Below are positions 38,818-52,053 of a DNA stretch of 64,000 nucleotides, piece after piece. The translations under genes and the position numbers were made by a program. The DNA is from Microthyrium microscopicum. Its lineage: Eukaryota. Location of the stretch: positions 930,001 to 994,000 of the forward strand of contig MU004239.1 of the NCBI GenBank assembly GCA_010405405.1, in the 5' to 3' direction. Every line of letters begins with the position of its first letter. Position 1 is the stretch's first letter. The notes under the pieces were generated by a model. That model worked only from the letters and a program-made list of their open reading frames with translations, was not told where the DNA came from and made no database searches.

Positions 38818-40412
38818 ATGTCGTATCGCGGACGGGGTAATAATGATCGCTTCCGACAGGATGATAGACCCGGACAAAACAATCCTCGTAAACGCCCTGC
38901 AGCAGATGTCGAAGAGGATCGTTGGGTAGCAGAAGAAGACAAGTTTGTGCTAAGACAAGCAAAACGCAGAGCCATTCTTCGAGTCCGTGGCGGACGTGCA
39001 AAGCCTATTGACTGGCTTGCCGTAGTTCTGCGATCTGTCGACAAAACCATGGACTTTGAAGATGAAACTACCGAAGAAGGTGAACTTGACATAGTTGACC
39101 CAGAAGGCGTATTCGAAGGTCTAGATGCCCAGGAACTCGCAGATCTCAAGAAAGATATTGACTCTTATCTTGATCGAGAGACCAATTCTTCCAACAAGGA
39201 GTTCTGGAGTGTAGGTTTCCGCTCTACTGTATCTGTCTAAGCTAATCCGTTATAGACCATGAAAGTTATATGTGTGGATCGTCTTTCAAAACTTAAAGGA
39301 ACTGCACGGGGAGCCCGTGGCGTTGGCTCAATCTCCGCAGATGTTGATCGTATGTTTAGCAACAAGACGTTCCCGGAGCTCGAAAAACTTGAGGGCCAGA
39401 TCCGTGGCAAACTCAACTCGGACGAAGACATTGACGTCGACTATTGGGAGCACCTTCTCCAAACATTGCTACTTTGGAAGGCAAAGGCCAAACTAAAGTC
39501 CTTTTCCCAAGACATTGTCAAAGGTCGACTCATGAAACTTCGCCAGGAGCAAATTATGGAAGCCGAAGCTGTACGAAAGCAACTTGGAGCTGTTTTCAGT
39601 GCTCAGCCTGCATCAACAGGAACAAAAGCTTCGCAATTCGCTGATCCTGAACCTCTTCTCAAAATCCGTGCCGAGGATAAAGGCCATGAAGTCGTGGACG
39701 AGACAGAATTTCTCCAAAAGATCATGGACGATCGTCGAAAGGTTCTCAAGCTCGGCTACGTACCTATGAAGGCCCAGCTAAGCAAGCAGGACGGTGTATT
39801 GACTCTCGGCAGCTCTAGTGCAAACAAATCCAGCAGCATGTCGAATTCGGCCTCGGGCTGGTACCAACGTATGGTGGCTCGTGGGGTGGAGGAAGATGAA
39901 GAGATGCTCACGACGCAGGAGCCTGTCGAGACCACTCACAAAGCTGAATGGGCTGACAAGTATGAAGCTCGTAATCCAGAACACTTCAATCGCGTTCGAC
40001 TTGGCTACGAATGGAACAAATACAATCAAACTCACTATGACATTGACAACCCTCCTCCGAAAGTTGTTCAAGGATACAAATTCAACATGTTCTACCCTGA
40101 TCTTGTTGATAAAGCCAAAGCTCCTACTTACAAGATCGAGCGGGAAGGCGGCCGGAAGCGAGGCCAAACATTTGCTCCAGCAGGAGAAGAAGATACCTGT
40201 CTAATCCGATTCATAGCTGGAGCCCCTTACAATGATGTTGCGTTTCGAATCGTCGACCGGGAATGGGATTACAGCTCCAAAAGGGAACGTGGATTCAAGA
40301 GTAGCTTCGAGCAAGGAATTCTCCAGCTTCATTTTCAGTTCAAAAAGGTACGAGACCCCAATCCTCGATTCTACTCTCGCTCACCTTTGTATAGATTTAC
40401 TACAGAAAGTAA
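38818..40412 (+). CDS. cactin: Cactin (splicing factor)
   Basis: WVAEEDKFVLRQAK, VDYWEHLL and C-terminal GYEWNKYNQTHYDIDNPPPKVVQGYKFNMFYPDL...LQLHFQFKKIYYRK*. Introns 39211-39255 and 40348-40394. Confidence 0.95.
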
Positions 40413-41612
40413 ACCCCTTGACGTGAAGTTTCAAGAGCACGGGCATAATCCCCTGGGAGAGGAAATGGTGCAGATCATTGGTTCGCCAGACAAGGTTCAA
40501 GCTCCTCATGCGGAGGAAGAGAAAACAGTTGGATAGCTTGTCCAAAGAAGTGTCACAAGTCTATCGATGTCATAGCCACCATCTCAAGACCTATCAGGCA
40601 AATGGAATGGAATCTGTACCACAAACTGGCACTGCCACGCCCCGCCACGCCTTCACTTCTTGTGTGACCCTATCTTCTACGTACATAGGACCAGAAAGGA
40701 CGTACCGGCAGCTAGCTCTTCGGGCACTAAGCAGAACCATACGGTATTCCTACTACGACATTTCGGCGAATTTCTTCACCAAGCCGTCCTCTTGCTTGTT
40801 GAACCAAGACCAATTCAACAATTATTGTCCAATCAGTTTGCTGTTTTCGGTTGATCACACACCCAATTCGGATCATTCTGGTACTTGGTGGCAGTTGATT
40901 GTGTGTAACTGGGATTCTTGTTCCGACCTGATGGGCACTTTCAATACACCGACTTTGCCTAGACTCCCTGGCCACTCAACTGACCTGCCAGATCATTCGG
41001 CGATAAAGCTGCATGAGAAAGAAATGAGCCTGGGAATTCTTCTAGAAAACTTCTTAGACGGGTGAAGAAACGGTCGGGCGCGACTTCAGTCCCTTGTAAA
41101 TATGAAGATTGCACGCATACGACCCTGGCTCCTCCTGCAGGTATCCGTCCTTCATGCAATCCCTGGATCAAGGCAAAAAATTGGTTGGACGTTATGGTCA
41201 GCACGATACACAATGTGTTCAGTAGTCTGTTCATTTGCCTTTAAGCCAGCAAAGGAATGGCCTGTTGGGCATGCACCGCAGCAGCACACTTGTAGAAGTG
41301 AGCGGCCTGAGGAGCCGTCTAAATTCTACTTCTAGAGTTTCCTCTTGCAGGGCTCGATCGGGGAGCTACCTTTGCGCGTGAGTTTGTCCTAGCCGTATAA
41401 CTACATGAATGTGTTGTCTCCCGCACCGGTTGTCTATCCAGAGGCCAAGACATTTGCGTTGACTACCCGTCTGCCCGTCTTCAGCAGCCTTTTTCCTTCT
41501 CTTCATGCCAGTAGCCTTTATTATTAGAAAGCCTATTGAGAGCGCCACTCCCCTTACCGAGACATTCTCTTGCTTCCTTGTCAGCCTTGTCCATTGTTGA
41601 TATCATCTCAAT

Positions 41613-43196
41613 ATGTCAAGTCCAGAGATAATGGATACAGATTCTGTCGCCTTGGTCGACCAACCTCTTAACAGATCTTCTGTCTTATATTCCACTACCT
41701 CTTCACCTCCCGAAATGGCTACTTCAATGACAATGAACGATTTTCAATCCCTTGGGACTCAAACCTTCTCCTCCTCGTACCCTGGAGATTCGGACTTTTG
41801 GAACGCTACTGTCGAAGCCATGGCAAATGAAGGATCAAACTACTTCGAGAATATGAATTACTCACTAGATGGCTCCCCAAGGTACAATGGCTTGGGTTCT
41901 TTGAGCTCCTCCCCTTCTTTATTTCCGCCCATGAGCGAGACTGTCGGGACCCACTCTTCAATTCCTCGCAGCTATCCCAATTGTCTGCCAATAGAGTTAT
42001 TCAACAATGGTCTCCCCCTCGACTCTCGCCATCTCCAAGACACCGAGGTCTTTCAACAATCAGACATTCGTCTCGCAGTATTTCCTCACACACCAGTTCC
42101 GCAGTCGTCCTTCTCCGACCACGATCAGAGTAGCGAATACCACAATGGATTTCCTTCTAGCCAAGGGGAACCCAACTTTGAGCATCATCGCTCCATGACA
42201 AATAGTCCGCAGCTACCAGAAGATTCCCCTTTGAAGCAAGAGATTGCTTACCACAGTCGCGAATACAGCCATGCCGTGACATCCAACAAGGAAAAGCAGC
42301 AAACCAACTACGCTAAGCTGCTCTTCAAATGCCTTTATGAGGCACCTGGCCATGAGATGGATCTTAAAAGTATCTACACATGGTTTCAAACCAACACAGA
42401 TAAGCCAAAAGCCAACGCAGGCTGTAAAGGCTGGATGAACAGCGTCCGTCACAACTTGTCGATGAACAATGTGAGTGCCTGTATTTGCATCGGTCTGTCC
42501 AAAATTGCTAACCTCTTACGGGCGTTCCAAAAGGTTCCCTCGAACAATGACGAAGACGGTCGAAAGAGCCACCTCTGGGGTCTAAGCGAAGAGGCATTGC
42601 GCATGGGTGTCACGCCAACCACTCGATTCCGCAACAAGCAGCCCAAGAAGAGAAAAGGCAACACCAACCGGGTCCCAAAAAGTCTTGAGAAGGACTCGGG
42701 AACTCTGCGTCGTTCAGGCAGAACTGCACATCGAGCTAGCCTAGAAGAGGCGGAGGTCGTGGATTCTGAACCGCTGCTGTCTTATCCGTCTCGATATACC
42801 ATGAGCAACTGTGCCTCGCGAGGCTCACCTATTCCCACCATGTCGTATGGTCGCGATCCTATTGGGTACAAATCTGCACCATATTCCCCATATTCGCGTA
42901 TGAATTCACCAGTCGCAGATTACCAACTTTCCAGCCCAGCTTCAGCCCATAGCGCCTTGGACAGCATACATGGCCAGCAACATCGCGCCACTGCCGTGAG
43001 TAGTCCAGCGAGGTCTGAATACCAGGAATGTGATTCTGGCGACAACAGACTTTTCTACGATTCCTCCGACAGCCTCACCGATGCAGCCTCACCGCTTCCC
43101 CAGTCATTTGCCGAACTCAAGCCTGTATCTTTCGGAGATATATACATGGGTGGACACGACGGCCTGACTGGAGAGCTTTATGCCATTCCACATTGA
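41613..43196 (+). CDS. Forkhead (winged-helix) transcription factor
   Basis: NYAKLLFKCLYEAPGHEMDLKSIYTWF...GWMNSVRHNLSMN...AFQKV...LWGLSEEA. An intron-like 51-nt insert at 42471-42521 has a non-canonical acceptor. Confidence 0.9.
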   Translation: MSSPEIMDTDSVALVDQPLNRSSVLYSTTSSPPEMATSMTMNDFQSLGTQTFSSSYPGDSDFWNATVEAMANEGSNYFENMNYSLDGSPRYNGLGSLSSSPSLFPPMSETVGTHSSIPRSYPNCLPIELFNNGLPLDSRHLQDTEVFQQSDIRLAVFPHTPVPQSSFSDHDQSSEYHNGFPSSQGEPNFEHHRSMTNSPQLPEDSPLKQEIAYHSREYSHAVTSNKEKQQTNYAKLLFKCLYEAPGHEMDLKSIYTWFQTNTDKPKANAGCKGWMNSVRHNLSMNNVSACICIGLSKIANLLRAFQKVPSNNDEDGRKSHLWGLSEEALRMGVTPTTRFRNKQPKKRKGNTNRVPKSLEKDSGTLRRSGRTAHRASLEEAEVVDSEPLLSYPSRYTMSNCASRGSPIPTMSYGRDPIGYKSAPYSPYSRMNSPVADYQLSSPASAHSALDSIHGQQHRATAVSSPARSEYQECDSGDNRLFYDSSDSLTDAASPLPQSFAELKPVSFGDIYMGGHDGLTGELYAIPH

Positions 43197-44900
43197 CAAT
43201 AATTTCAACAATTGCCTTCGACTTCCTCGTACATAATTCCCGCTTGTTCTTCCAATTTTTACCTGCATACGGCTCCTGCCACAGACAAACCACCCTACAA
43301 ACTACTACTGCGACGATGATGACAACGACAACAGCATGGCGTTTACGGACAACCCTTAGACTGGGCGACAAAATAGGTGGAGGCTATGATCATGAGAACC
43401 CGGCTCATGTGTTCTACGGGCGAGTACAAGACTCAGATGGTTATTGGTGTTCTTTTCTCTTCAGAGATCCTGTTCTTTCTCTGGCGTTTAGGGAGTGACG
43501 GCAAACACAGTTGGTGGATTTTCATCGCATGGCGCTGTAACTCTTGAGTACGAACATGTATGCCTCATGACTGAATATCTTATGCCTAACGCAAACCATT
43601 TTTCTTTATGCTCCGTTTCCTAACTTCTCTCTCTCTTGACCGGCTCATGGTGGATGGCGGACTCCTACGCTGGGCTAGCCTGCGACATCGATCGATGGGA
43701 CGGCGAAGAATGGCAAACAGCACTGGTTGGGCGCGGCGACACAAGGGCGCATCTGAGGAACGACACACTTGGGCAGCAGGTCTCCGGAAAGGCAAGAATC
43801 GTCTGCCCAGTGTCATTTACCTCGCGGTCTGCATAATGGAATGGTAGCGCTGGTGAGGGTGTAGGTCTGGCGACGATTGTACTGTAGGTGAAGCTGGAGA
43901 CTGGAAAATAGCAAACTCAGACGGAAGCAAACGACTAGTGGGTACAACGACCTGGCGGTGCCACCCACGTGTATACTAGTCTCGTCTTGGGAACTCTTCA
44001 AGCTCCGAAGGCGCAGAAATTGAAAATCGTATTGCTGTATTGGTCCATGTCACACGGCATCAAACGCAGTATTGGTTAGTTCGAGCGACCACACGGCGGC
44101 TGTGGCACCAGTTGCGGGGTTGGACGTGGGATGATGTGAGAATGATAGCATGTTTATTGGGTTCCAAACATGAAGATGAGTCTTACTTCCGCTAGAGGCC
44201 GTAAGCTTCGACGATATTGGTGCGTGCTGGCTACGGTTCATGTCCATCATCACTGGACCTTTGTCCTATCATTTGATGAATCACGCGAACTGCATCTCGA
44301 AGCAAGATATAGACATGAGAGCCAATTGTATCGGTGGGTTTGATACTCAACAATGTCCAATTTACTTTCTTTTAGCGCAGCAGAGAATCTACGTGGAGGA
44401 CTATCTTCGCTTGGCTATGCCGGTGATTTTCTGAACCGCGAAAACATTGATACAAAGCAAGATAGGTAATCTCTTGATACTTAGGTCTCTTTCTCATTGA
44501 GATGCTTCAATAATCAACATCCTAGCCTGAGCTTGTCTTCAACATACTTGTCTGCATGCTGAGCTCGAAGGTATGCCCAACTTGTACTTTTCAAGCAGTG
44601 AAAGTATGTTCTAAGTACATAAAGTTTAGTGTGCTTTATCCACAAGAATGATTGTTTAGTATTTCTTTTTAAAGTTCGTGTAGTTCTGACAGGATATCTA
44701 TCTCGGCCTTCGGGAGTACTTGGTAGATCAGTGTACTTGAACTTCTAATCGTATGGCTCAGTATTATCAAAGACGTAGATAGAAGCACTATAAGATGGGA
44801 TCATTGTATTGAGTATTTTTATTCATTCACATTCCTTTAGTATTTTGGTATTTACAAATCTAATCGTACTGATGTTTCATTGGAATTTGAGTCTCCTACT

Positions 44901-46004
44901 CTATTTCTTAACTTCCACAAAGAGCATCGCGACGCCCATCACATGGCTTTGAGCGCCAATTTTGTTCAAAGATGGCTTCCATTTGACGAAATCGTAGTCT
45001 GCGGTCAATTTGAGTTTATCGCCTTTCTTGATGTCTCCAATGGCAATGCAAGGAGTGTAACGGCTGATATGGCTCGACTTGGAGGCACCCTGGGCGATCG
45101 CCTCAGGACTGGCAATGTATTCAGGTCTAGATCCATATTCCGCGTTCGACGTGCAGACAGGTTTACCATTGACAAGAATCTTAACGTCCACGCCACCGTC
45201 ATGCATATGCCCAACAGTGTTCAAAAGCTTTCCATCCATGGGAGAGACCCACTCAGGGCCTGTGAGAGTAAATTGAGTTTGGTTCTTTGGTGGAGGAATG
45301 TCAGAATCCATAGCGTTACAGGGTGCGGCATCCATCCAGATTCCCTTAACATCGCTCCAGCCTTCTGGGCGACCAGGTGCATATTCCCATTCGATAGTGA
45401 AGATGACCTCTTTTGGTATGTTGACTTCGTTCTTGAGCATGAGTTCGAGATCCATTGTATCATCCTTGCCCAAATAGAATCCCATTTTATCGTTCGCGTT
45501 GATGCCAAAATATGTCTCATTGCGATCATTGTGAATTGCAAGCATACGCTCCATGTTCTTGGGGATTCGCATGGTGCCTCCTGGGCAAGCAACGTCGTTG
45601 CGACCGGGCCCGACGACTGCCATGGTCAAATGGTGAAGGTATGCGCCAGTTTTGAAGTTCGCTATCGTTCCATCTGGGTAATGTAATGAGGCGCGAGCAT
45701 ACTTCAGTGTGCAGTCTGAGCATGGTTTTGGTGCCTTTTTGTTCGATGCATCAGTCATGCCTCCCTCATTTTCCATTCCTGGCATTGACATGCCACCATG
45801 AGCTGCTGGTGCGTTGAAAGCAGAAAGCTTATATGTACCGTAGGTAACTCTTGATCGCTTGTACTGTGAGCTGAATTCGGCTTTGATATCTTCGACCTTC
45901 GTCTCTGATGGAGCAGCTGGTTTTGCATCATGCCCATGCTGGGGCCTTGGGGCAGCCAGCGCAAGGCTGGAGAGTGCTGAAAAGAGTAGCGCCGAGGTTT
46001 TCAT
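44901..46004 (-). CDS. Secreted protein with PHM/copper type II monooxygenase-like His/Met motifs
   Basis: 367-aa intronless ORF with signal peptide, YLHH, GHMHDGG, C-terminal HVMG and several Cys. The fold is inferred from the motif order. Confidence 0.7.
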   Translation of the reverse strand: MKTSALLFSALSSLALAAPRPQHGHDAKPAAPSETKVEDIKAEFSSQYKRSRVTYGTYKLSAFNAPAAHGGMSMPGMENEGGMTDASNKKAPKPCSDCTLKYARASLHYPDGTIANFKTGAYLHHLTMAVVGPGRNDVACPGGTMRIPKNMERMLAIHNDRNETYFGINANDKMGFYLGKDDTMDLELMLKNEVNIPKEVIFTIEWEYAPGRPEGWSDVKGIWMDAAPCNAMDSDIPPPKNQTQFTLTGPEWVSPMDGKLLNTVGHMHDGGVDVKILVNGKPVCTSNAEYGSRPEYIASPEAIAQGASKSSHISRYTPCIAIGDIKKGDKLKLTADYDFVKWKPSLNKIGAQSHVMGVAMLFVEVKK

Positions 46005-46957
46005 GGTGGAAAAGAATGAATTAGAGCTGTCAAGGAGTGTTTTTCTGTCTGAGAGAAGTGATTGAAAACCTGATACACCATGATTGTGGAGGGCAACAGA
46101 GCAGTTTTATATGAACTGATCATGATAGATGATTTACACAACGAGATTGTTTACTTCGCTGCTCGCGAGACCTTTCTGATTTCTAAAGGTAGTTAATTAG
46201 AGGTCAGTTCTTTTGCCGTTGATGCCGCAGTCCAGCAGGCTCAAGTATATTACGTTGCCGCAAATGCCGCACACAATGGAGCCCAGATACTATATGAGAC
46301 GCCGTTGCCCAATTTGTTCGCGCGAATCGATATTGTCCCAACCTTTCTTTGATATAGGCGTTTACCGCATCCCTGAAAACATGACCATATCTTACCATGT
46401 TCTACCTGTCCTGGGGCATACTGTTGGATATTCCTTTCAATGATCCACTCTCATGTGATATTACATTCTTGAATAGAACTGGAGGCTTTGGAGCTTCTCA
46501 TCATGTCGACTCTGAAGGGGCAGCTTCTTCCAACCCTACTACGCTCATTGATCACTACATGACCCTCTGCAAGTCACCGACAGACCCTGGATTACTCACA
46601 ACTGATAAACCACGGCTATCTTTTTGCCCATGGGCTGGCGAGCCAACCAGCACTATGGGAAGTTTTTACATCAGCAAGCTGCAAAGTAATGATTGGCTAA
46701 AAATAATCCGACCTTGCTGGTTTCGATGGTGCCCCACTGGCCCAGACTACAGCCTGCATGTTGCCAGGATGAGGGGAATGTCAGATTTTCTGGATAGGGT
46801 TTGATAAGGCCAAACACTTCACATCATCTAGTTTTTTTGGCTCTTTCCATACTTAGCCGCTTGAGATCTTGGTAAGCTTCCGGATTTTATTACAATTAGT
46901 ATGAATGCCGCCGCGGCCCGCGCATCTTAAGCCTGGGGCGACACTGACCTCTTCACA

Positions 46958-49109
46958 ATGAGGAACCCGGTAGCATGTGCCTCATGCCGCACATCTAAAC
47001 GGCAAGTAAGCACAAGACCATTCGGATCATTTTCAGATAGTAAGGATGGAAACTCACGAAATTAGTGTATACACAACAATCGCCCACCTTGCAAACGCTG
47101 CAAGGACAGAGGCGATACCTGTGTGTTCCCTCCGCCTGGCACTTCTGCCATGTACCGACAGCGAAAGTCACTTTCTGTGAATCGTGTTGGATCAGATAGA
47201 TCAGATGGCGGGCAAATTGGTCGCATGGGAGAGGAAGTCTCTCAGCTGCTCCGTTCTCCAGGAAGCTCTGCCATGGTAGACTTGTCAAAGCATAGTCCGT
47301 ACGAATATTTCACAGATGAAGTCAAGAACAGCTTCTTAAGATGTTCCTACAAGTGGTGTTTCTACCATACGCCATCTCTACTTCGAGGTTTTCGCAAGAA
47401 GACTGTTGATGATGCCATCATGTGGGCGATTCTGGCGCTTGCGATTAGGTACCTATACTGCAGGCACTGGATAGAGTGATGATACTGATAGCATGTAGAT
47501 TTTCAAAGCAGGCTCCTGCTCCCTTCTCAACTCCATTGGAAGCAAGTAACGCATTTTCAGCATATGCCAAATCCTTGGTTCTGCCTTTTGTTGAAGAGCC
47601 AACTCTATCTCGAATCCAAATTCTTCTCATGATCACTGGCCATTCCTGGGGTGCAGGTGAAGGCCATCGAGCGTGGACTTATCTAGGAATGGCAATTCGT
47701 ATGGCCCAATATCTCGAGTTATTCGACGACGATACGTCCGCAGGCAGCGATGTAATTGCGTCTTCCGAAGTTACACAAGAAGCTTTCAAACTCGTCGAAG
47801 AGCGAAGACGGACAGCTTGGACATGTTTCCTCATGGACAGTCTTTTGAGTGGTGGAAAAAAACGGCGACGAGCCTTGTCTGAGAGGGACATGAGGATACC
47901 GCTCCCTTGCGAGGCAACCTTGTTTCATTTTCTTGAACCTACACGATGTTACAAACTGGATCAAGTTCCCAAAAACATAATTCTTGGGCAGGAGACACAT
48001 CTCGATATTGTCGGCCACAGCATGAGAATTGCCGGAGTCTGGGGTGATGTTGCTCGTTGGGCATGTTCTCAAGATGTCCATGGGCAACTACCCTGGCAAG
48101 ACGGCTCCGAATTCAAGCGTCTAATGAGCGAATTATCTCAATGGCGCTACTCCCTTCCTCATCGACTTCAATTTAGTCTACTATCTCTACAGGCACATAC
48201 TGCAGCAGGTCAAGGCCAGGCGTACTGTTACATGCATGCAATCTACTTCATGTCTCTCATGTTCCTACATAGGTCATATCTCTCACAGCTTGAGGCACAA
48301 AACAAGCACGACTCTGATTCGCAGCTTGATCGCCTCTGGCGTGATTGGCAAGCGAGTTCAAGGAAGGAACTTCTCAAGGTCTCCAATCAAGTCTGCCAGA
48401 TGTATGGAGAGATGGCCGACTTTGGTGGTGATTTTCTTTGTGGATTAGTGCCGTGGATTGGATTTACGGTCTACACTGCTGTTGGAATCATGCTTTACTA
48501 CTACCTGTTCCCCGACTCAGTTGATGATCAAAATGTTTCTATTCGGGCACGGGAGCATGTTATCAATGGTCTGGCTTTCCTAAAGACTATGAGAGGATCA
48601 TGGCCAATGGCCGATACATGGGTAAGCACTTTTGCCCTTTCTTTGATAAAGACCATGGAGCTAATCATTCTCAGCGTGAGACTATCAAACGAATGCAGAT
48701 CTTCTACACCACCATTAAGAATCAAGGAGAGCAAAGCGTCAGCTTGATGGAAAAGAAAGAAATGCAAGACGCAGTTGTAGACTACGGCGCACTGTCAAAG
48801 AATCCCGTTGTTGAAACTCCTGCAACCGAAGACCATTTGACGGTCAAATCAAGCGATACTGGCGATAGTCCACATCCATATCAAGGCTCTGTAACTCCTT
48901 CCGACACCAGTGGTCAAGGCAACGAAACTCTCATTCAACCTTCCGACGACAACGCCTTTCTCTTTCAAGATATCGATCCTGATCTTATGTTGACAGATCT
49001 CAATTTTGATATTAATCTACCAATAACCGACGACGAGGTGGTCGCAATGCTATCTACGAGCACGCAAAACTTTTGGGGTGACTTTCCTGGGGAGACCGAA
49101 ATGTACTGA
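46958..49109 (+). CDS. Zn(II)2Cys6 transcription factor with fungal-specific TF domain
   Basis: Spliced CASCRTSKRQ|CIHNNRPPCKRCKDRGDTC. Middle region AWTYLGMAIRMAQYLEL...EERRRTAWTCFLMD. Three introns. Confidence 0.93.
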
Positions 49110-49799
49110 GCGACTTCCTTGTACTTTTCTCAAGTTTGGAATTTGGAAGTAATGATTGTGTTCACTCAATGATTGCTACATCCATACCAAGGATTATAAT
49201 GACTCTCATTTCTTGACGGTATCTTATTATCATAGACTAGCTTTGGTACGCAATTTTAGCATATTAGTAGACGAATGCCACGCATTGAAACGGCTCAGTC
49301 TTATCTAAATACGGATAGAGCTCAGTGCCGACTCATGCGTAGCTCCTCCCTGCCAGTCATTTGTTTGCACTTCTGGTAGTTACACTAGAAGCAGTAAGGC
49401 GCAGAAGAAGCATAGAAGCAAGCTTATTCAGTCTTATGACTTGCGATTAACAAAATTTGTCGTTACTACTTGTCTCAATTCAGAGAGCAAGTCATTTATC
49501 TACTCATACCGCGGGTTTGATATTGCAATTTCAGCCAACTCATCCCTACAAGGAAAGAAGACTCTGAAAATGAGCAAGACATCTCTAACCAACCGTACCT
49601 TCCTCAGTAGTGCATGTAAGCTGCAACACAACTTCCCAAGCTCTTGATTCATGGCTGCTTTCAGTTCTCTGGGCTGCTATGCTCGAGCAATCTTAACTTT
49701 GTAAACAACTCGCTGACATCTTTACGCTGTCAACATCATTGAATCCCAACTGTTAAACATATCTTTATCCTCAACCACTGTCTTTGTCTTAAAGTCAAC

Positions 49800-51519
49800 A
49801 TGTTTACACGCATTTTCCTCTTCTTCGCCGCATTCATTGCAGGCATAGCTATCCTCGTTTCGGTCGGGTTCTCGAACTTCGAGCCATCTGTCCTTAAATA
49901 TGATCCGGTAAAGGGTCAAAACAACACAATCTTGTTCCTATCGAACAGCGAGCTCGGAATTGCCAACGTTCACGTAGCCACCAGCGAAGCCCTTCTCATC
50001 CACCACCATGACATCCAGCTCCATTTCGCTTCCTTTCCTGCACGCCCAGCTGTTTCAAAGGCTGGGCTGTCTGTCGCAAACCTCATCGAACATATCTCAG
50101 AAAATGTACCGAAACACGTCCCTGGTGCTTCAACAATCAAGTTTCATGAGCTTTCATCACCATCGTGGGCAGAAGCACTCACCTCGCGAAAGTTATACCC
50201 CAGCGATATGTCGACACCGCCCGGTCTGGCTGGCATTGCCAAGTTCTGTAAAGACATCGAGATGTATCTGATGCCCTGGAGCGGACCTGAGTATTATGCC
50301 ATCTACAAGCAGATTTCGAAAATCATCGACAAAGTGAATCCAGCCGTCATTGCTGTTGACCAGACCTTTGGACCAGCAGTGGATGCCATAAAAGCCAAAA
50401 AGCGAAAATATGCTGTTATTTCTCCAAACTCGTTGAAAGATAACTTTGGGCTTTTCCAGCCGTTGGGAAGTTTTCTCTGGAAATACCCTGCGTAAGTTTT
50501 CATTTCATCATTGAGGAATCAACGAAATTGCTAAACTCGATGTTAGCTTGGGTTCAGGCTACCCCTATCCAGTGCCCTGGCATCTCATTCCAGCCAACGT
50601 TTACCTGAACTTGCGTATCTTCTACAGTGTTTGGAAGTCTCCGGCTCTTAACGCAAAGAAGAAATATCTCGAAGAACGTGGCATTTCAAATCCGAATGAC
50701 TTGATCAATGTCTACAACAAGAACATGACATGGATAACTCAATCACATCGAGTAATCGACTTTCCCCTCTCCGTGATTCCAGAGAATGTGAAAGTTTGTG
50801 GCTCAATATATCTTGACTGGAAGTCAAGTAAAGGGGAAGGGGATGCTCTATTACGCTGGATTGCAACCACCCCAACCATTCTCATCAATTCTGGGAGTCT
50901 CGCCGAGTACAGTCCAGACAGCGCGTTAGAGATGGCACGCGCTCTCAGTGTCGTGCTATACCATACAAATGTTCAAGTGCTGTGGAGGATCAGCCACCAC
51001 AGGTACTTCAATGCTACAGATGACTTCTTGCATAAGTCCATGGTCCACTTGAAGGATTATAGAAAAGCAGGGCGAGTCATTGTAACGCCTGATCTCAGTT
51101 TTGAGTCTGGGGCGCTGCTGAAAACCGGAAATATCATTGTATCTGTGCACCACGGAGGAGCCAACAGCTACCACGAGGCTGCTGCGTAAGTTGAACTGAG
51201 CTGAAACGCCGGCATTAGACTGACATTTCATAGCAATGGGGTACCACAGGTTGTCCTTCCGATGTGGGCTCACCATTATGACTATGCTGCGCGAGTAGAG
51301 TACTTAGAAATCGGTGTGCATGGCAGCAAAGGCAGTGCCCCGAATTGGACTGCGGGCGAGCTGGCCAGCTCCATAATGACAGTTCTGAACGATGTACCCC
51401 CTGGGCGATGGATTCGAGAAACGGCCACATACCGTTCGTGGTACTTCGCTGATCCTAAATCAGGACGCCGTTGTGCAGCGGAAGAACTCGCCAAGCTGGC
51501 TAGAGTTGACGAGGTGTAG
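49800..51519 (+). CDS. UDP-glycosyltransferase (GT1 family) with N-terminal membrane anchor
   Basis: ILFLSNSELGIANVH and PSPG-like VHHGGANSYHEA...GVPQVVLPMW. Two introns (~50492-50546, ~51186-51233). Confidence 0.88.
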
Positions 51520-52053
51520 CTTGAGAAGACTTGGAACAGTCAGGGGTACGTCTCCCTACTGTAGTCATTAGCTTATCAAATAGGAGGTAAACACCACATC
51601 ATACAGTCGTTATGAAATATTAATTCACTGTGGACAAGCTCTACTCACCAACCAACTGCTTCAATGCTATCCACTTTACGATCTCAACACGTGCTGATAT
51701 CTTAGAATCTCATTGGGCAATGCACTATGCACGATCAAAGACTCAAGTGCATATATATTGAAATTGCTTTCATTGATAAATAAATACAATATCTAGCCAT
51801 TCTCATGCCAGCCGGTTAAATCAGCAAGCAGTGACAAGAGTTGAAAGAGGTGTCGAGGCCAGACAAAAAACAAATTCAATACACCTCAACTCCGTATCGC
51901 TAACGCAAATGGTTTTGAACACAAAACGCCTGGAAAGTCGCTAGCAAAACCCAAGTACATCAAATGACCTGACTTGCATATCAACACATTCTTCGTTAGT
52001 TAGAGTGCACTGTTCAAAAGTGCAGTTCTCGTGATTCAACTTCCCGCTACCAC

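Noticed and set aside
1498..40412. YTH, CCHC and cactin genes as an RNA-processing cluster
   Set aside because: They are spread over ~39 kb among unrelated genes, with no evidence of functional linkage.
40478..41065. 195-aa ORF downstream of cactin
   Set aside because: Non-ATG start, no recognisable motif, and it lies in the cactin 3' and forkhead upstream region.
44880..45686. 268-aa + strand ORF
   Set aside because: Antisense shadow of the 367-aa secreted protein.
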